Shown: in pieces, positions 38,369 to 50,989 of the stretch | Numbering within the stretch: position 1 is the stretch's first letter | Layout of the letters: every line of letters starts with the position of its first letter | Assembly (NCBI RefSeq): GCF_018977255.1 | Contig: NW_024704743.1 | Location: forward strand, 34,722,001 to 34,786,000 | Length of the DNA: 64,000 nucleotides | Source of the DNA: Callorhinchus milii | Lineage: Eukaryota | Reading direction: 5' to 3' | Program-made: the position numbers and the translations under genes | The notes under the pieces: generated by a model | Told to the model about the DNA's origin: nothing | The model's input: the letters and a program-made list of their open reading frames with translations, nothing else | Database searches by the model: none

Positions 38369-40558
38369 AACAACAACAACAAGATTACATTTATGTAGCG
38401 CCTTTCACTTCGGGAGGACGTCCCAAGGCGCTGGACAGAATACAGCATTTCAAACCCAAGCTGGGGTCAGGGAGGGGAAGGGAGGAGAGGAGAAAAGTGG
38501 TGGCTAATGCATAGTCGAAGAGGAGGATCTTGAGGTGGGGCTTGAAGGAGGCTAAGGAGGGGGCGAGGCGGGGTGACTGGGGGATGGAATTCCAGAGGTT
38601 GGGGGCGGAGTGGCTGAAGGCTCTCCCGCCAATGGTGGGGCAGGGATGTGGAGCAGGCCAGAGCTGGATGAGCGGATGGAACGGGCAGGTTGGTAGGGGG
38701 TTAGGATGTCACAGAGGTAGAGTAAGGGGAGGCCATGGAGGGCTTTGTATGTGAGGACCAGGATCTTGAACTGGATCCTCTGAAGGATAGGGAGCCAATG
38801 GAGTCGAGTGAGAGTGGGGGAGATGGGGGTCACGGAGTTTGGTGCGGGAGATGACATGGGCTGCAGAGTTCTGGATTATCTACAGCCTGTGGAGGGAGGA
38901 GTTGGGAAGGCCGACAAGCAGGACGTTTGCATAGTCGAGCCTGGAGGTGATGAGAGCATGAACAAGAGTTTCAGTGGCCTGAGGGGTGAGGTAGTGGTGG
39001 AATCGGGTGATCTTACGGAGGTGAGGGAAGGCAGAGCAGGTCATGGCTTGAATGTGGGGGACAAAAAACAGTTGAGGGTCGAACAAGACACCTAGGTTCC
39101 TGATGGCTTGGTGAGTTGAATTGTGCAACCATGGAGGTTGATGTTGCCAGAGCCTGAGATGCTGAGGCGCTGGCGTGAGCCAATCAGGAGGGCCTCAGTC
39201 TTGTTCACATTCAACTGTAGGAAATTTCCTCTCATCCAGGACTTGATGTCCGACAGGCAGTCTGTTGGGACAGCAGTGGTCCTGGAGTTGAGGGTGGAGG
39301 CAGAAAGATAGAGTTGGGTGTCATCCACATACATATGGAAGTTGACCCCATGTCTGCGGATGATGTCACCAAGGAGGAGCATGTAGATATTAAAGAGGAG
39401 AGGGCCAAGGAGAGAGCCCTGGGGGACGCCAGATGTGACAGTGCGGGGGCTGGAGGAGAAACCGTTAGAGGCAACAAAGTGGAGACGGTGAGAGAGATAG
39501 GAATCGAACCAGGCAAAGGCAGATTCGCGAAGATTGAGTAAAGCGGAGAGGCGGTGTACGAGGATGGAGTGGTCGACAGTGTCGAAGGCAGCAGAGAGGT
39601 CGAGGAGGACAAGGAGACAGAGGGAGCCCTGATCACAGATGTGCGGAATGTCATTAGTGACTTTGATCAGGGCTGTTTCTGTGCTGTGGGCAGCGCAGAA
39701 GCCGGATTGGAGGGGTTCAAAGAGGGAATGACGGGAGAGAAAGGAGTGGAGCTGGGAAGCGATGACTCGTTCCAAGACCTTGGAGAGGAATGGGAGATTA
39801 GAGATGGGGCAGTAGCTGGAGAGGAGGGATGGATCCAGGGAAGGTTTTTTCAGGATGGATGTGATGACGGCTGTTTTTAGGGGGGTGGGAACTGAACCGA
39901 TGGACAAGGAGAGGTTGATGACATCGGACTGAGAGGGGCTAGAAGGTGGAGCTGGGAAATGAGGAGAGAGGTGGGGATGGGATCGATGGAACAGGTGGTG
40001 GGTTTGAGTTTGCAGACAAAGGAGTATAGTGGGGCATTGGTGGGGGGTGAGTCATGAGGGAGAGGTGATGTGGGGGTGGCTGTGGACGGGACTGAGGTGG
40101 CTGAACATATCCCCTTGATTTTAGATTTGAGGAAGTCCAGCATCTCCTCACAGTTGGAGTTTGAGGAGAGGATGGGCGAGGTATGGGAAGGTGGACGGAG
40201 GAGACGGTTAGTGGTGGAAAAGAGAAGGCTGGGGTTGTCCTTTGCCTCCAAGATAACCTTGGAGTAGAAGGAGGATTTGGCGGAGGCAAGAGCGCAGCCG
40301 TAGGTCTTGGTGTAGTGATGCCAAATCTGCCGATGGATCTTAAGTTTGGATTTGGTCCAGGCGTGTTCAGCAGCTCGCACTTGTACCTTGAGGTGTACCA
40401 GGGGGATTTATGGGAGGCAAGCGAGGGGGGCAAGGGAGTCCAGAATGGAGGACAGCGAGTTGTGGAGAAAGGAGAGTGAAAAGGGGAGATCGGTCAGTGA
40501 GGGCCAGAGGTGTAGGAGTTCAGATGTCTCCAGGGCAGTGGAGAGGGAGAGGGAGTAA
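38369..40558 (-). mobile_element. L2 LINE with most of the RT domain, degraded
   Basis: PISNLPFLSKVLERV..QSGF..HSTETALIKV..GVPQGSLLGP..YVDDTQLY; linker region SPWY..AKSSFY; (TTG)n tail. Confidence 0.93.
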
Positions 40559-40559
40559 A

Positions 40560-41370
40560 TGGTACGTAATGGTGGATGGAGCCCTGGGATACCCCACAGG
40601 TAACCAGGTGGGGGCGGGAGGAGAAACCATTTGCCGAGACGAAATGGAGGAAGTGGTTAAGTAGGACTCAAACCATGCTAGTGCGGCCCCACTAAGGTAG
40701 ATGAAGGAGGAGAACTCATCGAGGAGAATGGTGAGGTCAACTTTATTGAATGAAGCAGAGAGATTCAGGAGGACGAGGAGGCAGAGGGAGCCCTGGTTAT
40801 AGATAGAGAGGACATCATTTGTGACTTTGACAAGCACTGTCTCTGTGCTGTTGGTAGGGTGAAAACCAGACTGCAGGAGCTCGAGGATGGAGTGGAGGGA
40901 GAGGTGTGACCGAAGTTGACCTCCACAATGCATTCCAGGACTTTGGCAAGGAAGGGTAGGTTGGAAATGGGATGGTAGTGTGAGAGATTAGAGGGATTGA
41001 GGGTGGGTTTTTTGAGGAGTGGTCTGATGGCGGTGGCTTTCAGGAAAAGTGGAACAGAGCCTGAGGAGAGAGATTGGTTGACCATGTTGGCCAGGCCAGC
41101 AGGGAGGAGAGGAGGGGGAGTTGATTGATCAGAGCTGGGTGGGGAGTAGTTTGAGGCAGGAGGTGGTGAACTTCATCCGGGTGATTGTGGTTGAGAGGCA
41201 GGAGGGAGAAATGGGGGCAAAGGAGTGTAAGAAGTAGGGAGCGGCAGGAGACATGGAGGAAGGAGAAGGCGGTGTGGATGGTCTGGGTTGGGTGGAAGAT
41301 GTCATGAGGGGGGCAGGACAATGCAGCCAAACGGATGTTTTCAATCTTTGAGGTGAAGAAGTCTCGGACC
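40560..41370 (-). mobile_element. L2 LINE internal fragment (RT N-terminal region)
   Basis: PLLKKPTLNPSNLSHYHPISNLPFLAKVLE; QSGFHPTNSTETVLVKVTND. Confidence 0.88.
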
Positions 41371-41719
41371 TCTTCGGTCTAGATACTTCCTAAATCCCAA
41401 AGGTAACCAAGTTAAAATTTGATAATATTCCCTGCCTTCTTCCCCTCACCATCACCACCTGAGCCTATCAACATAGATTATGCTTATTCCCTCACAGTAA
41501 ATGTTGGCAGGTTATTTAACCTGAGGCACCATCACAGCAGTCTAATCATGTCCATATACTTGCACTTTGCTGGAACAAAGGGTCACTGAATAGCAATCGG
41601 GAGCACTAACCCCGGCTAATTATGCTCCTTCCCAGTTGAAAGGCAAATTAGCTCAGTTAATGCTTCCCGGACTGAATTCAGATTCCAATTTAAACCTGTG
41701 ACCCAGAAACAACCTCAGA

Positions 41720-42175
41720 GCTCTGGAGAGGGTACAGAGTGGTTTCATACAGATGATATTGTGGATAAGGGCTTATCGTCAAGAGGGTAGGCTTAACAAA
41801 TTGGATTCAATCGAACACAGAAGGTTAAGAAGGGACTTATTGAGGTCATCAAAAGGTTTTAAGATGATAAATAATGAAAGGCTATTCCTGGTGGATAAGG
41901 TATAAACTCAGAAAAAGTTAAAGGGGACGTTAGAAGAAATGTTTTATACAGGGTTATGAGATTATGAGATATGAGAAGTTGGAATGTTGTGCCACAAGCA
42001 GCTATTGAGGCTAAGACCGTAACAGCATTTAAAAGCAAATTGGATAAATGTTTTAGAGTATAAAATGCTACAGTGAAACTGCAGGGAATTGGGCTTAGAG
42101 TGTATAGCTGCAGTAGGAAAGATAGCACCAGCACCGGCTCACATGGCCTCCTGTACTGTAATTTCTACGGTTATT
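41720..42175 (+). mobile_element. CR1-like LINE 3' end
   Basis: ctggagagggtacagag..agaaggttaagaagggacttattgagg..gcatttaaaagcaaattggat..atggcctcctgtactgtaatttct. Confidence 0.7.
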
Positions 42176-43727
42176 GCCTGAATGACTTCATGTTACACCA
42201 ATCATTAGACTACGGGAGGGGAGCTCACTCGGGGAGCGTAATTAAGGAGTACTTCAATCACACCAGCATGTTTTACACATTTGTATAATAAACTAAGACA
42301 GACACAAAATCAATAAGTCAACATAACAACAAAAAGACCAATAAGTACTCACCAACTTCCTACAAGACAAAATAAATCAACTAACTTACCATTAAAGCCA
42401 TACTGAAAACACTTAAAAATATCTTCATAGTGGCGGGCAAAATGTGAGTCTCCCATTACCTTTGAGAAGCAGGAAGTCAAGTACTTTGGGCAGTTGAAGA
42501 GAAAGGTTTTGCTGACGTGTGACCTTGTGCACTTTCTGAGCGCTCATTGTCCTGTACACGTTCCTGCAAAACAAGCGTGGATCTTGACTTGCATCTCCAT
42601 CAGGTCCAGTCAGTCATGTAGGAACTGCAATTCAGGCATTTAAAACCTGTGTCCCCATCATGACATTTTGTGTGGAAATCAGGTTTGACTTCAGGTCCAG
42701 GCCATATAGATTGCAGTAATAATGTGAATCTTTTAATGTCAGTTGTGGGTTTTCAACATTGTTGGAATGCAGGCTGTACTTTTTTCTTGCTGAGCTGCCA
42801 CTGGGCTGTCCTTGATCACTCTCAGCTTTCCAGCAGTAAATTCCTAAGTTCACGGTATGAATTTTACTCCTGGATATGCGGCAGAAGCGCAGTCTTTCCA
42901 CCTACCAGTCTCAACAGTTGCCAGTGGATAGGACAAAGGCGCAGATCCCACAGGATGGCTCACCCAGTTGAAAACTGGTAAATTTCCCTTCAAACATGGT
43001 GCTGACCTCGCAAACGTCACTCTGCCCACCATATCCCAAGTCACAAGGCACTGGGCTAATAACAAGAAGCACATGATAGATGGGAAGAAAAAAAGACATC
43101 CTCTCTAGCCTGTCAACAATGCTCTCATGAGTCATTTATTTTCAGTGTTCAGGTCCATTTCCATCCGGTTCAAGTCATCATCCATATGACTTACTCTCGT
43201 TGCTTTTTGGAAGAATTCATCATTGCCTTGGCTTTGTGGATATCAGTCATGTGAGAATTCATTTTGACCTTCGGGCTGCTGGAAAAATGCACAAATTCTG
43301 CACCTTAACTATGAAGAGCGTTAGTAAACCTGGCCTTAATGCCTTCCACAGTATTTATACACACACTCTCCAACAGCTGCATGATTACGGGCTGAGTGTC
43401 CTGGCAGATGAATCTCATTTCATTCATCTTGCTCAAAATGCTCAAATATACAAATACAGATTACAATCCAGTTGAAATGACATACTGCAAATCTAATACA
43501 CCCACCATCAATTTGTTTCCTGGTTGAATTACAGCTGAATTCATTGCCACCTCTGTCGATGCTCCCAGTTAACAAATTCTGTTGACATTTCCATAAAAGT
43601 ATAAACCAGCCTTTGAAGATTGTAACTGCAAAGGAATTTGGTTCCTCAAATACTAAACGTACTGTAAAAAATTAAAAAATAGGACACAAGTCACAATACG
43701 TTTTATTGAATTCAATTCTATAATACA

Positions 43728-44155
43728 GTTTACATTTATATAGTGTTGTTCACATTTAGAGGATATCTTGAAGTGCCTCACACTGCTGGCTGGGGACTTG
43801 AGCCTGGTTTGAAAGCTGAATAGGGTGGGGAGCGGAAAGATGAAAAAGTGTGGTCAAAGAGGTGTGTTGAGGAGGGCTTTGAATGTGAGGAGAGAGGGCA
43901 AGCAGGAGGAACACTAGGATGGAGTTCCAGAGAGCAGGGGTACCATGGCTAAAAGCTTGCCTGCCAACAGTGGAGAGCTTAGAAAGTGAGAAGTAGGATC
44001 TTGAATTTGATTCACTGGAGAACAGGGAATTAGTGGAGTCGAGAGTGGGTGGCGGTGATAGCTCTGATACAGGAGAAGACATTAGTTGCTGAGTTCTGGA
44101 TATTCTGAGCTCGGGAGTCGGTCATACAGGATGTTGGCATAGTCAAGCCTGGGCG
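43728..44155 (-). mobile_element. Old L2 3' fragment
   Basis: RLDYAN-, VGRQAFSHGTPALWNS-like remnants and L2-type tail. Confidence 0.7.
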
Positions 44156-44489
44156 AGTTGAGAATGGTTGACATTACCAAAAGAAACAATTTGAGGCAAT
44201 TTTTGAATTTCTGAAGGATTATACTGTATTTGGCATATTGTGAAACAGGACATGCTTGGATCCTAAAAGTAGGATTAACATGTTTTGTCGTGTATTTATA
44301 TTATCACAAAACTTTCATTTTCCAAAGGAACTGAGCTAAACAAACCAGAACGTGCTCAGCTTTAATCATTGTTTTTTACTGAGTTAGCTGCTCTGAGCCA
44401 GAGTAGGAATTCCTTTGCAGTTTGACATATTACAATCTTCAAAGACTGGTTTATGCTTTTATGGAAATGTCGACAAAACTTGTTATCCA

Positions 44490-44870
44490 GGAGCATCGAC
44501 ACAGTTGACCATGCCATCCTCATTCACAGCCTCATCCACTTCAGGGACCGCACTAGCCTGGTTCGAGTTCTACCTAACAAAACTGCCTTCACTTTATCTC
44601 CTCAAACGGTTTCTTCTCCCTCCCCCTCCTGGTCACCTGTTGTGTATCCCAGGGCTCCATCTTTGGCCCTCTCCTTTTACTCAACTCTATGCTTCCTGTT
44701 GGCAATGACATCCGCAGACATGTATGCAGATGACACACAAATCTACTTCTCCTCCTCCTCCACCGATGTTCTCTCAGCTTGTCTGGTGGACATCAGGGCC
44801 TGGTTGAGCGAAAATTTCTACAACTAGATGTTGATAAGACGGAAGCCATACTAATTGGCTCCTGTCAATG
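44490..44870 (+). mobile_element. Old L2 RT fragment (a further piece lies at about 46160-46465 +)
   Basis: [30 protein letters not shown]. Confidence 0.8.
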
Positions 44871-47800
44871 TTCCTATCCTGCATGACACAGGGACAATAA
44901 AATACTATTCTCAATTTCAGTTGAAATTTGTACATTCTGTGTTGATGAGAACTGAATTATTGTTTTAGGTATGCTTATTTTGTGAGCTAGTGTTGAGCTG
45001 CAGAAATACAATCTTGATTATAAATGTTTTGATTGCTGGTTGATAGTATCGAGATGACTTGAAGATAATATTGTTCTAATTAAATTGTGCTGAGTTGCAG
45101 AACATCTATGGAAACATGATAGGTGTTATAGGGTGGCTGGCATCACTCCAGATAAGGCTTCATCAATATACTGTGCCTTGTATTATGAAGAGTTAAATTG
45201 GCTAAGAAAGAAGTGAATTTGTTGTTGTAGCTGTAGCTTGTTGTGTTAATTGTTGGTGTACAGTCCTGTAGTCTCTTAATTAGAGTCAGTCTGAGGATCC
45301 ACAGCCAATGTCATTAAACAATCATCAGGTTGGTGAGAACATGTTGACATGCACTGTTCAGCCTGAAGTAAAGAACCATGATGTAAAGAAGTTTGGCTGA
45401 GCTACACTTTGGCAGTTCAAGTAGTGTGAGAGTGAGTAGTAATAATAATAGTAATCCTTGCATTTGATATAGCGCCTTATTTTTGAGACGACTCAAAGCG
45501 CTTTACAAAATATATTACAAAGTGTAGTGACTGTATTTTGTAGGCGAAACACAGCAACCAATTGTGCACAGCAGAGTACACCATTCACTCCTCCAGAAGG
45601 GCACAACTCCTGTCTGAGGTTCTGCGATTCAAGCCACTCGAATGTCCAGGATTCAAGTAACATCAGAAGGAGAATAAAGAACAGACATGACACAAGAACA
45701 TAGTTGTGAAAGATTCAGCACTGATATTATTAGCGTTCCCAAAACAGGAGGACTTTTACAATTGGCAATATTATGCTTTATCTCACGTATAGATATGTAT
45801 AGATATTATGTATAGATGTTATGCATGAGATAAAGCATAATACTGCCAATTGTAACCCTGCATATTGTAACTCTGTTTATTGAACAATGCAAAGCTGTAT
45901 ATCTTTTTGCCTTAGTAATTAAATGAGTTGGCGGATCACTTATTGTGATAATAATCCCTTTTTTAAAAAAATTTTTGTCACTCAATCCACGACTGTTTGT
46001 GGGACACTGCTGTGTGCAACTTGCTGCACATTTTGACAAAACATATAGTCAAGTCACTTAACAGTATATTTTGTGAAGCTTTGAAATGTCTCGATGATGT
46101 GATCAGGCTCTATATCAAATGCAAGGATTAATGCAAGGATTATTTCCATTCTTTATCTTTGTCCAGGCTTGACTACCCTAACTTCCTGCTCGCTGGACTT
46201 CCTGGCTCTTTCCTTCACAAGCTGCAGATGATTCAAAACTCTGCAGCTCATGTCCTTCCCTGCACCAACTTTTGTGACCCAATCACCCCCATCTTCCCCT
46301 GGCTTCATTGCTTCCCTCCCCAAGCTGATTGAGTTTGAGATCCCAGTCCTCACTTTTAAAGCCCTCCACAGTCTTGTTCCTCCCTACCTCTGTCACCTAC
46401 CAAAACTTTACCAACCTTCCCACTTTTTCTGCTTGTCGGGTACTTGCCTGCTTTACGTCCCCCTGAGAATGTAACATCTAGAGATGCTACTTCATGCGTT
46501 TAGACATACTAGCATCTTTATTTACAAAACTTTTAAAAAAACAACGCATTCAGCTCTTCCCCACATAAAAAATTGCAGTCCCTACAACATGCATTTGTTC
46601 TAATCCTATAAAATAAGGTCTCAGCACAAACGCTAAAATCCGTGAGACCAATCAATATAGTAAAATTACATACTAAGGAAGTAATTCCAACAACAGCTTC
46701 AAAAGACTGAATCACAATACTATAATTAATTGAGCTTGTACTGTACAGGGAAATTAGGTTAGAAAGACTGATTCAAGCATATTGCCTGCAGGGTAATCCC
46801 TCCAATCAATCTCCTAACCCTCAATTTCCAAGTGCAACACAGGCAGTCAACTATTATTATGTGATTAGTAACACAAGTTATTCCAAGATTTTAGACCTTC
46901 CTCTCTACTAGGTCAGGTATCAGCTGCATTTCTGAAAATTCTAGCTCCCCTCACAAGAATAATGTTGTTAATCACATAAACTCTTAAACATTGTAGCAAG
47001 ATTGTTTTGCATGGTGATCAGATACACTGCAGCGCCCCATATTCTGCTTGTATCGAAATGTTCAAATTTAAAGTCTTAGCCTCCAGCACACTCGGTCCGA
47101 TATTGTTTATGAACACTGTGTACAAATAATTACTAGAGGTGCCAATGTCAGGTATGTACAGGTATGTATAACCAAAATCTCAACAGCTGTCCAGTTTTAA
47201 AATGAGATAATCAGAAATGAAATACAAACATAACAATCTTTTTAAGTTTAATAATATCACTACTTACTGTATCTTAGATTGGGCTGGTATCAATGATATT
47301 AAAAACTTCAAAACAGGTTTGAAGATAGCGATTTCAGATTCTTAAATGCTATGCTACAGTGTAAGTCTGATAAAATGCATAATTATGAATGATCCTTAAA
47401 TCTGCCATTGTATAATACAATTAAATCAAGCACTGTTAACACGAGCAGTGTGACCTGAGGCCCATGATCAGGAAGTGCAAACACACAACAAAGCCAGTGA
47501 TTGACACAGGCAGACAGTGGAGCTGTCTCGAAGTTGTGGTTCTATTCTGATGTAATCAAACGCTTAGATGGGTGTAACCCCAGAAGGCGACTTATCCGAA
47601 GCAGGTGGCATGTGCAAAGGTCTGTTTTTTATCAGCTCACAGACATATGAATGGCAGTTAAGACTGCAGTTGATCTGGCTCTGCTGATAAGCTAAATTGG
47701 AAACAACACCTTTTTTTTGTTCAAGGTGGAAAATGCAGGATATGTTAGAGGCATCCCTGTTCTAGATTTTGTGTGATATTATTGAAACCATCAAGAAAGA

Positions 47801-47894
47801 ACCATGGAGGTTACTTAAGTAGAGAAGCAATTGATTAAGATGGTGTGTGGAACAACATAACTGTTTCACTGCCTCTTGATTGAAAGACAAAGTA

Positions 47895-48500
47895 ATGTAA
47901 TAATCCTTGCATTTGATATAGTGCCTTCTCATCATCAAAATATCTCTAAGCTCTTTACAGGATTTACTGTAAACTGTAGCTACTGTATATATTTGTAGGC
48001 GAGTGTGGCAGCCAATTTGCACACAGCAATGTCCTTCAAATAGTCAATTTTATTTGGGGGTCTGTTGACCAGAACACTGGGATAACCTCCCTTCTCTTTT
48101 TAACTCGTGCCATAAGATGTTTAAAATCAATTGAACCGGTAAACAGAACCTCAATTTAATGACTCATCAGAAGGACGGCATCACCAACAATTCAATAGTG
48201 CATTGGAGGATCAGCCTAGACCAGTGGTGGCCAATCTTTTTAGTCGGCCACCAAAATACATTTTCTTAATTGAATATTTCTTGCTTTATGCTGTACATCA
48301 AGAAATATTCAATCAAGAGAAACCTGGAAACACACTACCGATCGAACACAGTTACTCAGATTTGAGCGAATATTCCGGGAGCGGCTTCTTGATGGAACGT
48401 AGTTTGACTGGCATTAGCCTAGACTCTAAGAGTTCCAAGTCCTGACTTGGGGTTCGAACTCACAACCTGTGACTAAGAGATGCGAGTGCTACTAACTGAA
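47895..48500 (-). mobile_element. Deu-domain-type SINE split by a hAT-like MITE
   Basis: Tail at 47895, Deu core around 48150-48180, head at about 48440-48500. Confidence 0.7.
48222..48416. mobile_element. hAT-like non-autonomous element (195 bp)
   Basis: Begins CAGTGGTGGCCAA; flanked by the 8-bp direct repeat gcctagac (48214-48221 / 48417-48424); right TIR degenerate. Confidence 0.6.
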
Positions 48501-49074
48501 CTAGAAAGTAAAAACAATCAAACCTTTAACATTAAAGTTGCTTTTTAACTTGTGATTTTAAATAAAGTAAAATACAGTAGTTATTTTCAAGTCGGAAACA
48601 CCGATTGTCCAGCGCCTTGGAACCTCCTTCCAACGTGAAAAGCGCAATACAAATGTAATTTTGTTGTTTGTTGTTAATTTATAGGTAACTGACAACAAAG
48701 AAAATAATAACGCAGTAACCATATCATTAGATTATTTGAGTGAAGTTGAATGTTATTTTACTCATATTTCACAAATAAGCAATAAGTTTGTTTTTAAGAT
48801 GAGGCTACATCCAGGGCTGTTCAAAAGTGAAAAAGTCACAGTTGCACATTGTAGCTTGGGAGAAACAGTCTCAAAGAGTGAAGACATGCTGTTGAAAGTA
48901 CCATGCAATGCATTTGGGTAATGGTAGAAGTGGTTTTTATTAAAATTGTATTTAAACAATACGGAATTGTAGTTATGATTGAGAAACATTAATGCAGTCT
49001 ATCTTTTGAACTAAGGTGAATGCTTTTCACTCCATATGAGTAAAATTCCACATTCTTGGCATTACAGATAGATG

Positions 49075-49335
49075 AGGAGGGCCATTGGCGATCAGGCCTT
49101 CACCCACTCTACCGGAATTCCATCCAGTCCCCCCAACTTGCCCCCTCCCTTGCCTCCTTCAAGACCCATCTCAAGACCCTCTTCTTCGACCGCGCCTTCG
49201 GTCACCTTCCTTACCCCCTGCCCTCCACCCTCTTTGAGCCTGACCCTCAGCTCAGGTCCAAAACATTGATTGTCCAGCACCCTGGGACGTCTCCCGACAT
49301 GAAAGACGCTATACAAATGTAATTTTGTATTGTGT
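49075..49335 (+). mobile_element. L2 3' fragment
   Basis: SLASFKTHLKTLFFDRAF; gggacgtctcccgacatg stem-loop. Confidence 0.8.
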
Positions 49336-49837
49336 TGTATCTTTACATGAATTTGGATTTTGCTGATTCTAATTGAATGTCCATTGACTGATATATTGAC
49401 TCAATGTGTCTCCGATTTCCAGGAACAGTATCCGGATAAGGTGTCCATGGCCAAATGTACCCTGTCTTGAATTCAGCAACAAACTGAGCAAGAACAATAA
49501 AATTCTAAAACAGATACACTCATCAGTGAAATACTTGATGAACAGAGAAATATCACCCACAAAACATACAGTCAATCCACTTTACAGTATATTCTGTGAA
49601 GCACTTTGAGACGTCTCGAAGATGTGACAAGGCATTATATCAAATGCAAGGATTATTATTAAATATAGCCATTAATCCAACAAGCTGCTCCATTCCTGCC
49701 AGCATCAGGAACTGTGGTGAGTTTAAGTTCTTTATGTGTCCCTGGATTTTGTTTACAAAATATGGTCACCTTAACCATGTAAAATGTATATGCTCAGAGG
49801 GTAGGGGGGATATAAAATAAGTTTCTATTGTGCTGTA

Positions 49838-50350
49838 AATAATAATAATAATAATAATCCTTGCATTTGATATAGCGCTTTTTACGTCTTCTAGATGTCC
49901 CAAAGCGCTTCACAGAATATACTGAAAGTGAATTGACTGTATATTTGTGGGCGTACGCGGCAGCCAATTGCGCACAGCAATGTCCCACTAACAGTCGTGG
50001 ATTGAAAATGACCAATTTATTATTGTTTTTCTTTTGGAGGGATTATTATTAGGCGTGTGGAGTAAGGAAACTTGCCCAAGGTTTCACCCTGCCTGGAATT
50101 GAACTCAAGTCTTTCACTTGCAAAGCGAGTGCTCTAACCACTGAGCTACAGGACTCCAATAATCCTTGCGTTTGATATAGCACTTTTCACGTCTTCTAGA
50201 CATCGCAAAGCACTTCACAGAAGACTGTAAAGTGAATTGACTGTATATTTGTGGGCGAAATGCGGCAGCCAATTGCTCATAGGAATGTCTCACAAACAGT
50301 GGTGGATTGAAAATGACCAATCTATTATTGGTTTTTTTTTGAGGGATTAC
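49838..50350 (-). mobile_element. Tandem SINE pair: full-length (49838-50157) directly abutting a headless copy (50158-50350)
   Basis: The ggactcc head end is followed at once by the aataatccttgcg tail of the second copy. Confidence 0.88.
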
Positions 50351-50989
50351 TCTCGGTAATAAGAAATCACAATATTTAATGCTATATTGGGAAGAGAGGG
50401 CATGTGTTCTGGAAGGATAAGATCAAATGACAGAAGGGCCTTCTTCAACTGAACCTCTCTCGTGCACAAGAGAGACAGAGCACGAAAGCTCTTTGTAACA
50501 TTGAGGGTAATTCAGCGGAATAGAATTCTTCTCACATTTCACGTCACTCGAAGTAACTTCCAAGCACGAGGGGTGGTGTGGATTGCTAAATTATATGAAT
50601 AATAATAATCCTTGCAATTGATAATAGTGTCTTATCATGTCTTCATGAGGTCACAAAGGGCTTCTCAGAATATACTGTAAAGTGTAGTGACTATATATTT
50701 TTGTGGGCGAAACGGGGGGGGGGGGGGGGGGGGGAGAAAGGGCTTCACAGTTTGAGAGATCTTGGGGTTCGCCTGCCATTACGTCCGTCTGGTTGGGTAA
50801 GTGGTCGTTTCTCGGTGCATCAGGAGAGCACTGACCCTCCCCACTGGGGAAGAGAATGGAACGTGGTGGGGGGAGGGGTGGGGGGGAAGGTTCATTGCTA
50901 TGAGTTTATATGCACATGAATATTCAGACATTGCTTATGGTTCCACACAATTTGCGATACGCTTCCGCATTGATTGAGTTGCTGCAGCA

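Noticed and set aside
42911..43135. STMFEG peptide as a possible PXDC1 start (PXDC1 lies upstream of PRPF4B in human)
   Set aside because: The following residues do not resemble PXDC1 as I recall it and the frame closes quickly; I found no PXDC1 exons in the window.
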